DNA of 63,395 nucleotides, the filler included, from Sphacelaria rigidula (lineage: Eukaryota): NCBI GenBank assembly GCA_964200075.2. It is 10 parts of 10 records of this genome, joined end to end, with 100 filler letters (N's around TTAATTAATTAA, not from the genome) between each part and the next. Parts side by side here need not be neighbours in the genome. Positions count along the whole stretch, not along the records: positions 50,798 to 57,046 come from CAXNAA020021236.1; positions 57,147 to 63,395 come from CAXNAA020021237.1; 8 more parts are not named here. One strand, 5' to 3'. Of the stretch, positions 51,794 through 62,039 are shown piece after piece (the stretch's first letter is position 1; the number at the start of each line of letters is the position of its first letter). The notes beneath the pieces were generated by a model that was not told the origin of the DNA, searched no databases, and worked only from the letters and a program-made list of their open reading frames with translations. The translations under genes and the position numbers were made by a program.

Positions 51794-54700
51794 CATACAG
51801 TAGGGACGGTCCGCAAACCCTTGGCTGTTGAAGGGCCGCATGTATAAATACTGACACGTGGTGTTGTGTTCTTTCGTGTGCTTTCCGCTGGGGGAAACGG
51901 GGGCGTGGGGGAATCAGTGCTGGCGAAGGCGGAGGCGCGTCGAATTCGTACAGTGACGTTATCGGACATCGAAATGCGACGAGACTTTCAGGCGATCATC
52001 TCAGACTGGCGAGAGCGCGCCACCCAGTACCTCGCCACATACAGTGAGTTGCATTGGGGGTTCCAGTATGGTATAATTTTCTAAAGTGTGGGGTCCCAAC
52101 ACAGGGCGGTCGTCTCAAGTGTGGGCCTCCCACCCCATTGCGGATATCTAAAGCGCGCGGTCCCACAACAGTGCGGTCGTCTCAAGTGTGGCCCGCCTAC
52201 CTCAGTACGGTTATCCAAAGTGCAGGATCCCACAACAGTGCGATCCTCTGAAGTGCAGGCCCCACACCGCAGTGCGATTATCGAAGGTGCGGGGTTCCAC
52301 CATAGTGCGATCATCTGGAGTGCAGGGTTCCACCGCAGTGGGGTCATCTCAAGTGCGGGGTCCCACCGCAGTACGGTGGAAATCGCCCGTCAAAAGGTCT
52401 ATCCATTTTTACTATATTAGTATTTACCAAGGTATCGCACTGTACCAGTGTAGTGCATGCTGAGTTGGCGATCCACTGCACTATGCTAGGACCCTTACTG
52501 TATGTTGACCTGGCTCTTGTTGGGTGTTGACACATCTCAAGATGGTTATACGTCGTAGAGCGATATAGTGGAGGGTACCTGCTCGCTGCAATGGTAGGAG
52601 TCGTACATGAACGTTTTGGATTCGAATGGGAGGTAAGCCATGTTGTCCATGATGATGATGATGATGATGATGATATTCAAGTTGCCCATAATTTTGCTTT
52701 GTTGATTTCAAAATTTGACCAGCCAAAACCCTCATTTTTCTACACCGTGTTTGAATATGTATTTCCTCAAAACTATGCACAGGCAAGGCGAGTTATCCGC
52801 AGTGTGCCCTGCCCCCCCCTCTCCACCACCGACTCTCATATGTCCTTTTTTTCTTCTTTTCGCTTTTTTGGGTGCTAGATAAATCATGCTTCGTCTCGGA
52901 AGGGATGCGTGGTCAATGGTCAAACGACCAAGGCAAGCAACAATGAGGACCCCCCCCCCCCCCTACTCTCATATCCCTTTTTTTTCTCTCGTTTTTTTGG
53001 GGGCCAGATAACTCGCACTGGACGAAGGTTACCGTGTACCAGCACAGCAGTTCCTTCCGTGTGAAGGGTGTGACGTTTTCGAAGGGGGACCCGGTGGTGG
53101 TGAAGTCAAGGGTCACAGGGGAGGAGTTTCACGGAGAGATTACGGTGGTGAAGCCGAAAGCGGTGAGTACTGCTTTGACACTCTAGCGACTAGTTCTTTG
53201 ATCCACGAACTGACTACTTGATTCATTGATTCATTGATTAGTGGGAACCACCACATAGAGGGGGAAATTTTCACAAGTGTCCGCCGAGGAGTCACCTTTT
53301 GACATTGGCGACACCATGAGATAGTTCGTACGCTTTATAAATTGAAGATCCCGGGTTCAAATCTCGGCTCCCACCAAAAACGCTACTTGAAGTCAAGTCG
53401 GGACAAAAGAGGCGCGAGAATGTTCGAGGAAGAGACAACTGGTGGGAGAAGTCGAAGCACAATTCACTGACCCACCGGGAAATCTTTCAAGATTGTTGGG
53501 TAGGGGTCCCAAAACGTGTAAAACGCATGTGAAGAATGGTGTACATCCTCACCGCTAGCCGGCGAATTTGGTTTCTCTATAAGTATTTCTCATCAACAGA
53601 ACGAAGGAAGGTTCTGACAAAAGGGGCAGCTGATGTGGGTGCCACCACGTAGCCATGAGGGAAAATTCCCACAAAACGTTTTCGTGAGAGAGAGAGAGAG
53701 TAGAGCGCGGACTGAGAGTGGCTTTGGCCATTCGCTTCAACCTGGCCATTTTTTCATTCCGTGTGTGCCTTTCTTTGCCTCCATCACTATTATAACGTGT
53801 GCTTACAGCTTCACGTCGATATCCTTACATCAAGGGCCTCAGTGGCAAGCTACTACAGAAAGCGTATCGGGCCTCATGGAGGGGCATTCCGGCACTGAAA
53901 TGATTCATTCACCCATGGACCGCTTCTCACTCTCAATCTGACGAAAACGTTGTTACCAGTGTCCGTCGAGGAATCACATGTTGTTGTTGTGGTTGTTGTT
54001 GTGGTTGTGGCTGTGGTAATTGTTGTCGAGAGCTCAAGGTCGTTCGAGTGTTGGCGTGTACTCCAGCCGTTGAACTGGTGCATAGGTTTACCGTTGCCGA
54101 GGGAGCCCGAAGCGGGTGCGTCTGTCCGAGCAAGGGGCATGGCAGATTGGTGGTGAGCTGGGTAACTGTTGTTCCTCTTCGGGAGGCTGGTACGGGTCTC
54201 CCGGGGCTGACGCAAGTCGAAAATATATGGTGCAGGGAGGCTGTTGTATCTCAATGTACAGTAGTGGTCGGGTTAGGGTTGGGGTTAGCTTTTTCGCTGT
54301 ATACTAATAGTACGATACCCCCAGAGGGTTATGGGCTCTCGCCTCTCTGATACAGCAGAGTGCTCTGTCGATAGAGCTATGACGGCGCTTTGAGGATAGG
54401 ACATTGCTCACGAGAGCTGACAGAGAACATCCCAGTGCTTCGCACGTACACTGTTCACATGGAAAGCATTTGATGGATCTGTAGCAGTTCATATTGCCGA
54501 TCCATCTACAGATGGTGTAGCCCTCCGTGCGAGATTATGCCTAAGTCACCTGTTTACAGTTTGTGGTGTGTTGTACAGTCAAGCTCACATTCTGGGAGCT
54601 TGATGGCATCGTTGGCTTTGAGCTTGGGAGTAAACATAGCTCTCTGGCTCCTAAGGTACACAGACAGTTCAACAAAATCTCCTACAGCAGTCTAGCCGAC

Positions 54701-55846
54701 ACCCGAGGAACTTTCCTCGTGATCAGAAGTTTCCTATGGACAGGACCCGTGGGTCTTGTTCTAGGTAAAACGATGAGGACTGTTGGCTTCGCATAACGGG
54801 AACCCACATAACTAACCAGTTATGACGGCGTCGAGGGCTTCACGTCAAAACTAAAGAAGAAAAGATCTCAGATCATGCGACTTGTGTTTGCTGCTGACTA
54901 AGGCCAAGGCAACGTTCAATTGTTTTCGACTGCTTTGCTCTCATGTTCTCGTGACATTCGCTGTATAACCGCTGTCTTCGTGCTCCCAATTCAACGAGAA
55001 AGCAAAGAAAATCACGGTGAAAAATCCCCCGCCATGAACAGGCTTTTGTGGTTCGGGTTCCCGTTTGAAGTTTTCCATGATCTTGAAAAGGCTTTTGTGG
55101 TTCGGGATCGACACCCCGCGAAAAAAGAGCCAGTTTGACCGACTTTCGATGGCCAGAACACGCGCCACAGGTATCAGATGACACCCAAACCTGAACGGTA
55201 ATGTACCGCTGCGCCTTCTTCGTGTGCTGCAAAAAGAAGCGCGGGATAAAATGCCTTACTGCCGGAGAAAACTCTGCGAAAACGATGAAAAATGTGAAAT
55301 GATACATGCACCTGTAGACGTGCTCGGGTCACATTTCATACGTACCCGGGTCAGATTCTAGACTTGCTCGGGTCATCTTACAGGCGTACCCGAGGCGAAA
55401 TAACGGAAAGAGCAAACACTCGTACAAGCATCCATCTGCTGTTTAGATACACTTTGACTGCTACACAAAAACGCTGTCATTTTCTACGATGCCGCCGGAA
55501 AGCTTCTTGTCCCGAATTGACCCGCAATAATCGCCGATCGTCCCGCACAGCGAGTTCGACGGACTTCGTTCGCAGTTTTTGTTTTGTGTTTGCGAGCTCG
55601 TTTTCTCGCCGACCTGTTCCGCAACAAAACGCGGAATTACCCCGCTAACGACAATTGATTTGCTCGGTATTCCTTTTCCCTGTTTCTTCTTTTCTCTTTC
55701 CCCCCCCCCCCGCCGCCACCCCCGTGATTCGATTTGAGCAGATATTTTTGTCCCTGTACGGCGATGTAAAGACGCGAATTTTTGTGGACCACATCAGCAC
55801 GGGACGGCTCACCGTGGCTCGAGCAGACCTGAAAAGTGCCCAATGA
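51072..55846 (+). CDS. Sds3/BRMS1-like (Sin3-HDAC complex subunit) protein; last four exons 51072-51212, 51918-52043, 53008-53162, 55742-55846
   Basis: All four exons have AG/GT boundaries and splice in frame (phases 1,1,0) to ...KKRARL...TLSDIEMRRDFQAIISDWRERA...FRVKGVTFSKGDPVVVKSRVTGEEFHGEITVVKPKA|IFLSLYGDVKTRIFVDHISTGRLTV...*. This resembles the 'ExDIxEDxxxI' helix and C-terminal capped-Tudor-like domain of Sds3. Family assignment is from recalled similarity; exon structure is read directly. Confidence 0.7.
52083..52377. repeat. Intronic minisatellite, 9 degenerate units of 33-34 bp
   Basis: Consensus ~AAGTGCGGGGTCCCACCGCAGTGCGGTCRTCTC repeated head to tail. Confidence 0.85.
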
Positions 55847-58356
55847 CAATTTTCAAGAAGCACCAGAAGCAACAGCAGCAGCAGCAACAACACAGCACAA
55901 AGAGCTAATTTTAGAAGTTGGGGATCCACGGCGTGGCTCAGGAGAAATTGAAGAGAATTCTGAGGACAGGGGTGTTCCTTAGCTTGTAGTGTGGCAGTTG
56001 GGCAACAGCAAACCGTAGCAGCAACAGCAATACCCGATTTATTAGATCGCAATCGGAAGCGGATTGTTGGTTTTGGTCCATGCATGCATGCACTCATTGA
56101 TTTGATTGTTGGTACTGTGTGGTTATGTTTGGTATTCAATCGAAGCGGCGTACGACATATTCCGGTTGTATTCATCCAATCAAAATCGTTTGTGTCGGAG
56201 CAAAACGCGAACGCAAAAACAAAGAAAAAAAAAATATATATATATATATTTTTAACGGTAAAACGTCAAGTTTCGTCTTGTAAGGCCGACATGCGTTTTT
56301 TGGTTTCTGTTATTCTCAATTTCACCAAGAAAGTATTCGAATTATACACATCCTCCTCCCCTCCTTTATATCCGCATGTACACGACAAGGAGAATTTCGC
56401 TCGAGAGAAAAAGGGAGAGGGGGAAATGGGTAAGGAAGAATAGGGAGGAAAGAGAGAGGAAAGAGGCAAAGACTAGGAATCAATGGGTGACAGCAAGTCT
56501 GAAGCACGTAGAACACGACAAAAAAAACGAAGAGAGTGTCAAACCAAGCATATTAAACCGGATAAATATCTTGGGCTTTTTCATCAGGAGGACCCTATTT
56601 TTGGAACATATTACTTGGACGCCTTGCGACCTTCATGCTGCGGGTGCGGTGCGGTTGGGGCGGTGCAGGCAAGCCTCGTCAAGCTACGGTGTCCTCGCCT
56701 TCCGTGCAGTTCGCAGCTGAGCATCCGTGGTGGTTACTGTTAAGGGGTATGATTTGTCACACGTGAGGCAGGTGAAAGATGAAGAAATGTCCAGGCAAAG
56801 CTTGGATTTCTCTTGTGCATGCAGTTGAATTTAATCAGGAAACTGTGTGCCAGTCTCGCCTGTTTTGCCATTCTTCTTATTTTTGTGTCTGCGTGCGTCT
56901 CTCTGGTGCTGGTTGATGGAAGCCAACCATGGAACCACTTCCGGGGGGTGTGTCTCCTCACGTTCGGGCGGCAAGCACACGCAACGAAAGTATGCATCAG
57001 GGGGCGGGGGGTGGGGGAAGGCGTGTACTCATGATGTTGCATTCCGNNNNNNNNNNNNNNNNNNNNNNNNNNNNNNNNNNNNNNNNNNNNTTAATTAATT
57101 AANNNNNNNNNNNNNNNNNNNNNNNNNNNNNNNNNNNNNNNNNNNNTCCGTCCCGGCTTTGCAGGGATGCGAGGTCAATGGTCTCATGACTATGGCATGC
57201 ATGATCGTGAGTACACCCCCTATCGTAGCATCACTCGAGGAAGCATCGATAATCTGTTGATGGGCAGCAAGTCAAAGCCGTATGAATGTCCCCAAATATG
57301 GTTTGTGTCGCAAATATACACGCGCACGTCTGTGTGGACATACCAACGACCAAGTATCATTCACAAGAAACTTTCTTGGGAAAAACATTGGCGGAGGAAG
57401 GGACAGGGATATAATGTCCATGCTGTGTCCGTTGACTTACTCTAGTTCTACCTGCGTTGACTGCAACCCGCAGCAAAAACGTTCGTGAACAATGAATCGA
57501 CCTGCATGTTGCCCGCTCGAATCGGATGCTCACGACTTGCCACCGGAAACAGATATGCTTTCGTACCCCCTCCCCCCCCCTCCCTCAACGAATAAATGCA
57601 CACTCCCGACGGGTCACACGCGCCGCACTTGACTACAAGATAATATTTACCACGAAAGCGATCATTCCTTGATGCGAGAGCATCCAGAGACATTCGCGTA
57701 GCAAACATATGTCACGAGCATCAACAATACAACAAAGGGTAGCAATGAAAAATACAAAAAGTGCACATCAGAACAACGTGATGAACCTACACATTTTCCC
57801 CACAGAGCGCAAATTTACGGCACATCGACTGTACCAAGAGAACAAGCAAATACGTTCAATCCTCTATCGATGCTATTTATTTTAGACGCCAGTCAAAGCT
57901 GGTGAGGAACCCCGTCCGCACGTGTCACTGTTCAAGTGTAACTCTCTAGCGTAGTCACTAAAACGAAGTCATGTCCTGGATAATTGAAGCTCTTCAAAGC
58001 ATTCAAGTCTCACCAGCATTTTTTGCACTATCAACAAGTTCTAGTAGAGAGACTTGTATTGGTGAGAAGTTCGAATGGCTCGCGAACAGTATCGGAAATA
58101 ATTGAGCAGAGGGAAAGAAGGATACGTTACGTGCTGTTCTGCACGCCAACTTCGATTGCTGTCGTCGTCGCGACCAGAAGCGCGGCCTTGCTAGGTAATC
58201 ATATTCGTTGAACCTGATCTCAGCGATCCATAAATGTTCGCAAATCAGCAATTACGAGGCGTTGCCTGAACACCCGAACCATTGAAATCATGGCCATAGT
58301 TTCCACCGACGACGGCTGATGCTTCCCAACCACAACCAAACCCGACAACATCGTGG

Positions 58357-61300
58357 TTAGTCCGTCGGGTCCTGTGAGCCTGCCGCAAGCGTCGCTCCAT
58401 CATCGAGGTTAAAGCTGACACCGTCGGGGAGTACGTTGTCGACGACAAGGGTCTCCGTGGCGTTGTCGAAACGTAAAGATTCGATGCCAACGAAGACATT
58501 TTCTGAGATTTCGTTGTCGTCCGAATCAGTTACTGCAACTCCATGGCTTTCCACCGGGTAAGAGATCTCGTTTTGCCGGATGGTGTTCAAGCGCGGGCGG
58601 CCGTTCCAATCAGCCGACACCTGTCGATGAGGATGCGCAAGAATCGGGCGGGATGTGCTCGGGTGACGCATGCTGTACGCGTGGTATCCCTCGGAAAAGC
58701 CATTCCGATGTGGTCTATGTTAAGGTGGTGCCGGTAACAAGGCTAGAGCCAGTTCGTCAAACACAGGAAGAACCCGTAGAATCCGTGAGGAAAAGACGAT
58801 GGCAGCATTTTCCTCGGCATCACGAGTACAATCTTCCCCCCGTACTATTGAGAACAGCGTCACACGACGCAAAAGGCTATTTGCTGCGCTCCTTCCCCAG
58901 TGGAATGATCTGTGTGACGCCTCACCTCCGCCTCATCGCTGCCCCGATAGAAGAAAACGCCATACCGTGTGTGGTTTGACATCACGTTGTCGTACACATC
59001 GCTTTCCTGCGCCCCCATGCTGATGCGGACGCCGTACTTGCCTCCCTATTTTCCCGGCAGAGGCAGGAGAGGTGCGGGTGAGACTCCGACAACATCTACT
59101 TCCGAACTTGGTAAAACAGATGGCTCAGGGTTTTCCAACTCGCGCCCAAGTGTTTCGGATATCAAGGCGTTCGTCTCCCGGGCACTCACCTCCATGACGT
59201 TGTCGTGGATGGTGACCCCCGTACATTCGAAGATGCCGAAGTCTCCCTCCGCATTGCGCCTTGCTGTATTGTTGTACGCGTCAGCGTAGTCCGTAGAGCG
59301 ATGGAAAAATATGCCAGCGCGAGCATTGTCCTCGACTACATTGTCGTGGACGAGGGCTCTGCAGGAGAAGCGCGTGGGTTTGGAAGAGTCCAGGTATGAA
59401 GACATGACACAACGGCATGCATGCGCCTGAGTTTTTCCCAAACGATTCCTGACAAGTCATCGTCTACGAAAATTCCTGCAGCATTGCCAAAACGTGAATT
59501 ATCACAGTAGACATAACCGAGCACCGAACATGGGGTGGCGACAGACTTTGTTTACATTGATAAAACCTCTCACCCTGCACAGCGCTTGCTGTACTCAATG
59601 CCGTGCCACCCGTTGTCGTGCACCTGGCCAACACCATTGCAGGAAACACAACGCACAAACCCGCACAGCAAATGGGATTGACATCAAGTGTTCAGGAACA
59701 GGATAGAATGTCAAGGAGGGAGTCTATCGTGGGAGCAGCAGCAGCAATATCATTCCAGACAGACAGTGGTCGCCATCCAGACGAAAAGCAGGCAGGAGAC
59801 AAAGCAAAGCACGCCATTCTACAGAGAAAAAACCCTCGAGGGTTATTGCCGGGGTCTCACGTGGTTGCGCGTGAGGGTCATGTAGTCGCTGTTGTCCTGT
59901 GGGTTGATGCCCACGAGAGAGTTGTTGTAAATCTCGTTGCCACTCCACACAGAAGAGCCCTTCATCCCGTAGCAGTCTGTTGTGGGGGGACACAGAGGAG
60001 ACACTACGAGTGAGTCGGGATTGCAGGTAGGGCGCAGACTTTGCCCAGGAGGGGAGTTGTCTTCCGTAAACTGCAGAAGGAGCATTCTAGAAAATTGTGC
60101 AGTGACATGTCTCCTTGGAAAGTTATGATGAAATGGTTCTTGTGCGTCATACACGAGGTCATAGTAGGGTATAGCGTAGGAGTATCGGGCATCTTCAAGG
60201 CTCCCCATCTAACCGCGATTTCTCCAATGATTTCCCCTTCTCAGGCGGCACTGAGAAAGAGTAGTAATGGACACATACGACGTACTGTAACTCATGACCC
60301 GCCTTCATCTTCGTGACATGCAGAAACAAGGATACCGAAAGATTGCAGTAGTCCAACCGTGACGATATTGTAACTTCCACTCGTGAGATACGGCTCCGAT
60401 TGCCGTCAAGACAAACATGTTACGAGGCGATGTTGCAGAACTTCTGTTCGCTCATCGTTTCATAGCCCGCACTGTTTTTATCCGTGTATCCGTATAGGAC
60501 TGCTGCGAGATAGAAATCATGTTCCACTTGCGTATCGCTTCAGACTCAGGACTGCTATCCATCCACCGACCAAGTTATCTGAAGTAGAACAGGATAATAA
60601 CCGCGTGTTGTGTAAAACCATAAGATCAATGTCTAGGAGGAGGCCGTATAGCTCTCAACAAGACCGAATGGGGGAGAGGCAGCCTCCACAGGGTAGTGAT
60701 ACTTCCGCTGTCATGATCACGTTAAAGAGGACAAATGTTGCTCGAATGAATCGCTACCCCGGGACCAAGATGTCGACCAGCGAATAAGCCAACATTGTTC
60801 ACTGGCACTGTATCGCAGTACATGAAGGCAACATACAACTCGGCGACTCACATGCACCGATATAATTGTGGTGAATTTTGCTGTCTGTGAGGGAGCCGTA
60901 CACCCCTACTCGATCGAAAAGTTCCAGGTCCCCCGGGAAGCGGTCGTCGTAGCCCAACACCTTCCACAGAAGCCCGAAGGTTGAGTCTGACGAAAACCAC
61001 ACGAACGGGTACGGGCGACGCGCAAGGAAGTGATTCGGATGCGGCAAGGTCGGAAAAACCACAGTACGGCATCGCCTGGCCGTAAACAGACGCGGCTGAT
61101 GAGGCGAAGTGTGAAGTGGTGGGAAAATTCCCGCTTCCGGGCGGAAGGTATCTCACATCAACGTATATTTGCGATTTCAATTTTTGGGTACAGTGTGCAG
61201 TTGCCATCGTCTCAGGGCAACTGCAAAGTTGCGGAGATACAGTGACCCCGGTAGACTCCGTCCTCTACGACGCGCATGGTGAACAAATTCAAATATTGAT

Positions 61301-61657
61301 CTCGCAGGGACAGACTGACTCTGAGTCAAAAGCAATACATCCGTTTCTTCCGCCTCTGGGGACTGCGCACCCGAGGCCGATCGAAAAATGCATCCGTGGT
61401 GTTGCCAACTCACTGACGTCGTTGTGGTAGTCGCCCTCGTTGCCAAGGTACGAAATCTCGCTGTTGTTGACGTCCATGCGAGACTCCCACACCTTTGTCT
61501 GGTCGTTGTTCTCCGAGCTCAACGCCGCGATGTATGCCCTGTCCTCGAGTCGCTCATCCGGCCCGTCCAGGGTTTCGTCGTATGAACTAATGTTGGTATT
61601 CATGATGGAGATTTTCCCGTGGTAGGCGATGATTGGCGCGTTACCCGACTCGTCGCT
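58357..61657 (-). CDS. Mannuronan C5-epimerase (AlgG/MEP family, right-handed beta-helix) homologue; last seven exons 61657-61414, 60986-60852, 59976-59861, 59623-59574, 59358-59190, 59045-58926, 58620-58357
   Basis: Exons splice in frame through GTGAG..AG introns to ...ESRMDVNNSEISYLG...FGLLWKVLG...LFDRVGVYGSLTDSKIHHNYIGAYCYG...NEIYNNSLVGINPQDNSD...VHDNGWHGIEYSKRC...AGIFFHRSTD...GGKYGVRISMG...YGVFFYRGSD...GRPRLNTIRQN..., all hallmark brown-algal MEP segments. 5' exons not located in the window. Confidence 0.92.
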
Positions 61658-61889
61658 CTGCGAGTGCACAACCGACGTCGAAAGGGGGTAAGAAGGGTAC
61701 TTCTGAGCGCACCAGCGCTACTGCTTCGTGTACATTGTGGGCGACGGTGGCCGAGGCACTTCATAGATGGCGTTACAGGTGCAGTATCGAATCTGGCGCA
61801 ATCGTGCTGCGCGCAACGGTTATTGAAATACCTAACGACGCGATCGGCGCGAGGTTGCAGTAGGCCTTCGGGCTAAGATATGTGTAATG

Positions 61890-62039
61890 TTTTTGTGTAA
61901 TGTATGGGAGAAACGTAATGAGCACCGGAATGTTGGAGGTGTATCCAATAGGAGTAGGAACGGTGCTCCGTCTCGAAAGGGAGTCGTCGTCTATATGATC
62001 AAACGACTAAGGCAAGCAACAAGTGAGTACCCCCCCCCC
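61890..62039 (+). mobile_element. 5'-truncated 3' end of a probable non-LTR retrotransposon ending TGAGTAC + poly(C) (longest copy)
   Basis: Decayed frame FLCNVWEKRNEHRNVGGVSNRSRNGAPSRKG...QTTKASNK*. Copies with the same 3' end and variable 5' ends at 52887-52949(+), 63322-63387(-), 44449-44459(+), 57147-57220(+), 57001-57046(-) and 50798-50826(+); fragments at 6114-6157 and 31607-31630. Confidence 0.65.

Noticed and set aside
46340..52377. CRISPR arrays at 46340-46895 and 52083-52377
   Set aside because: Repeats are degenerate, the intervening sequences are short or related to one another, there are no cas genes, and the context is eukaryotic.
54270..54289. Telomere-like GGGTTAGGGTTGGGGTTAG (also ~30886 and ~38814)
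   Set aside because: Only 2-3 imperfect units; not a telomere or a meaningful interstitial array.
2475..61657. Functional gene cluster (BioF, PPR, AAA+, capping enzyme, Sds3-like, epimerase)
   Set aside because: Each gene lies on a different concatenated contig, so the adjacency is artificial.
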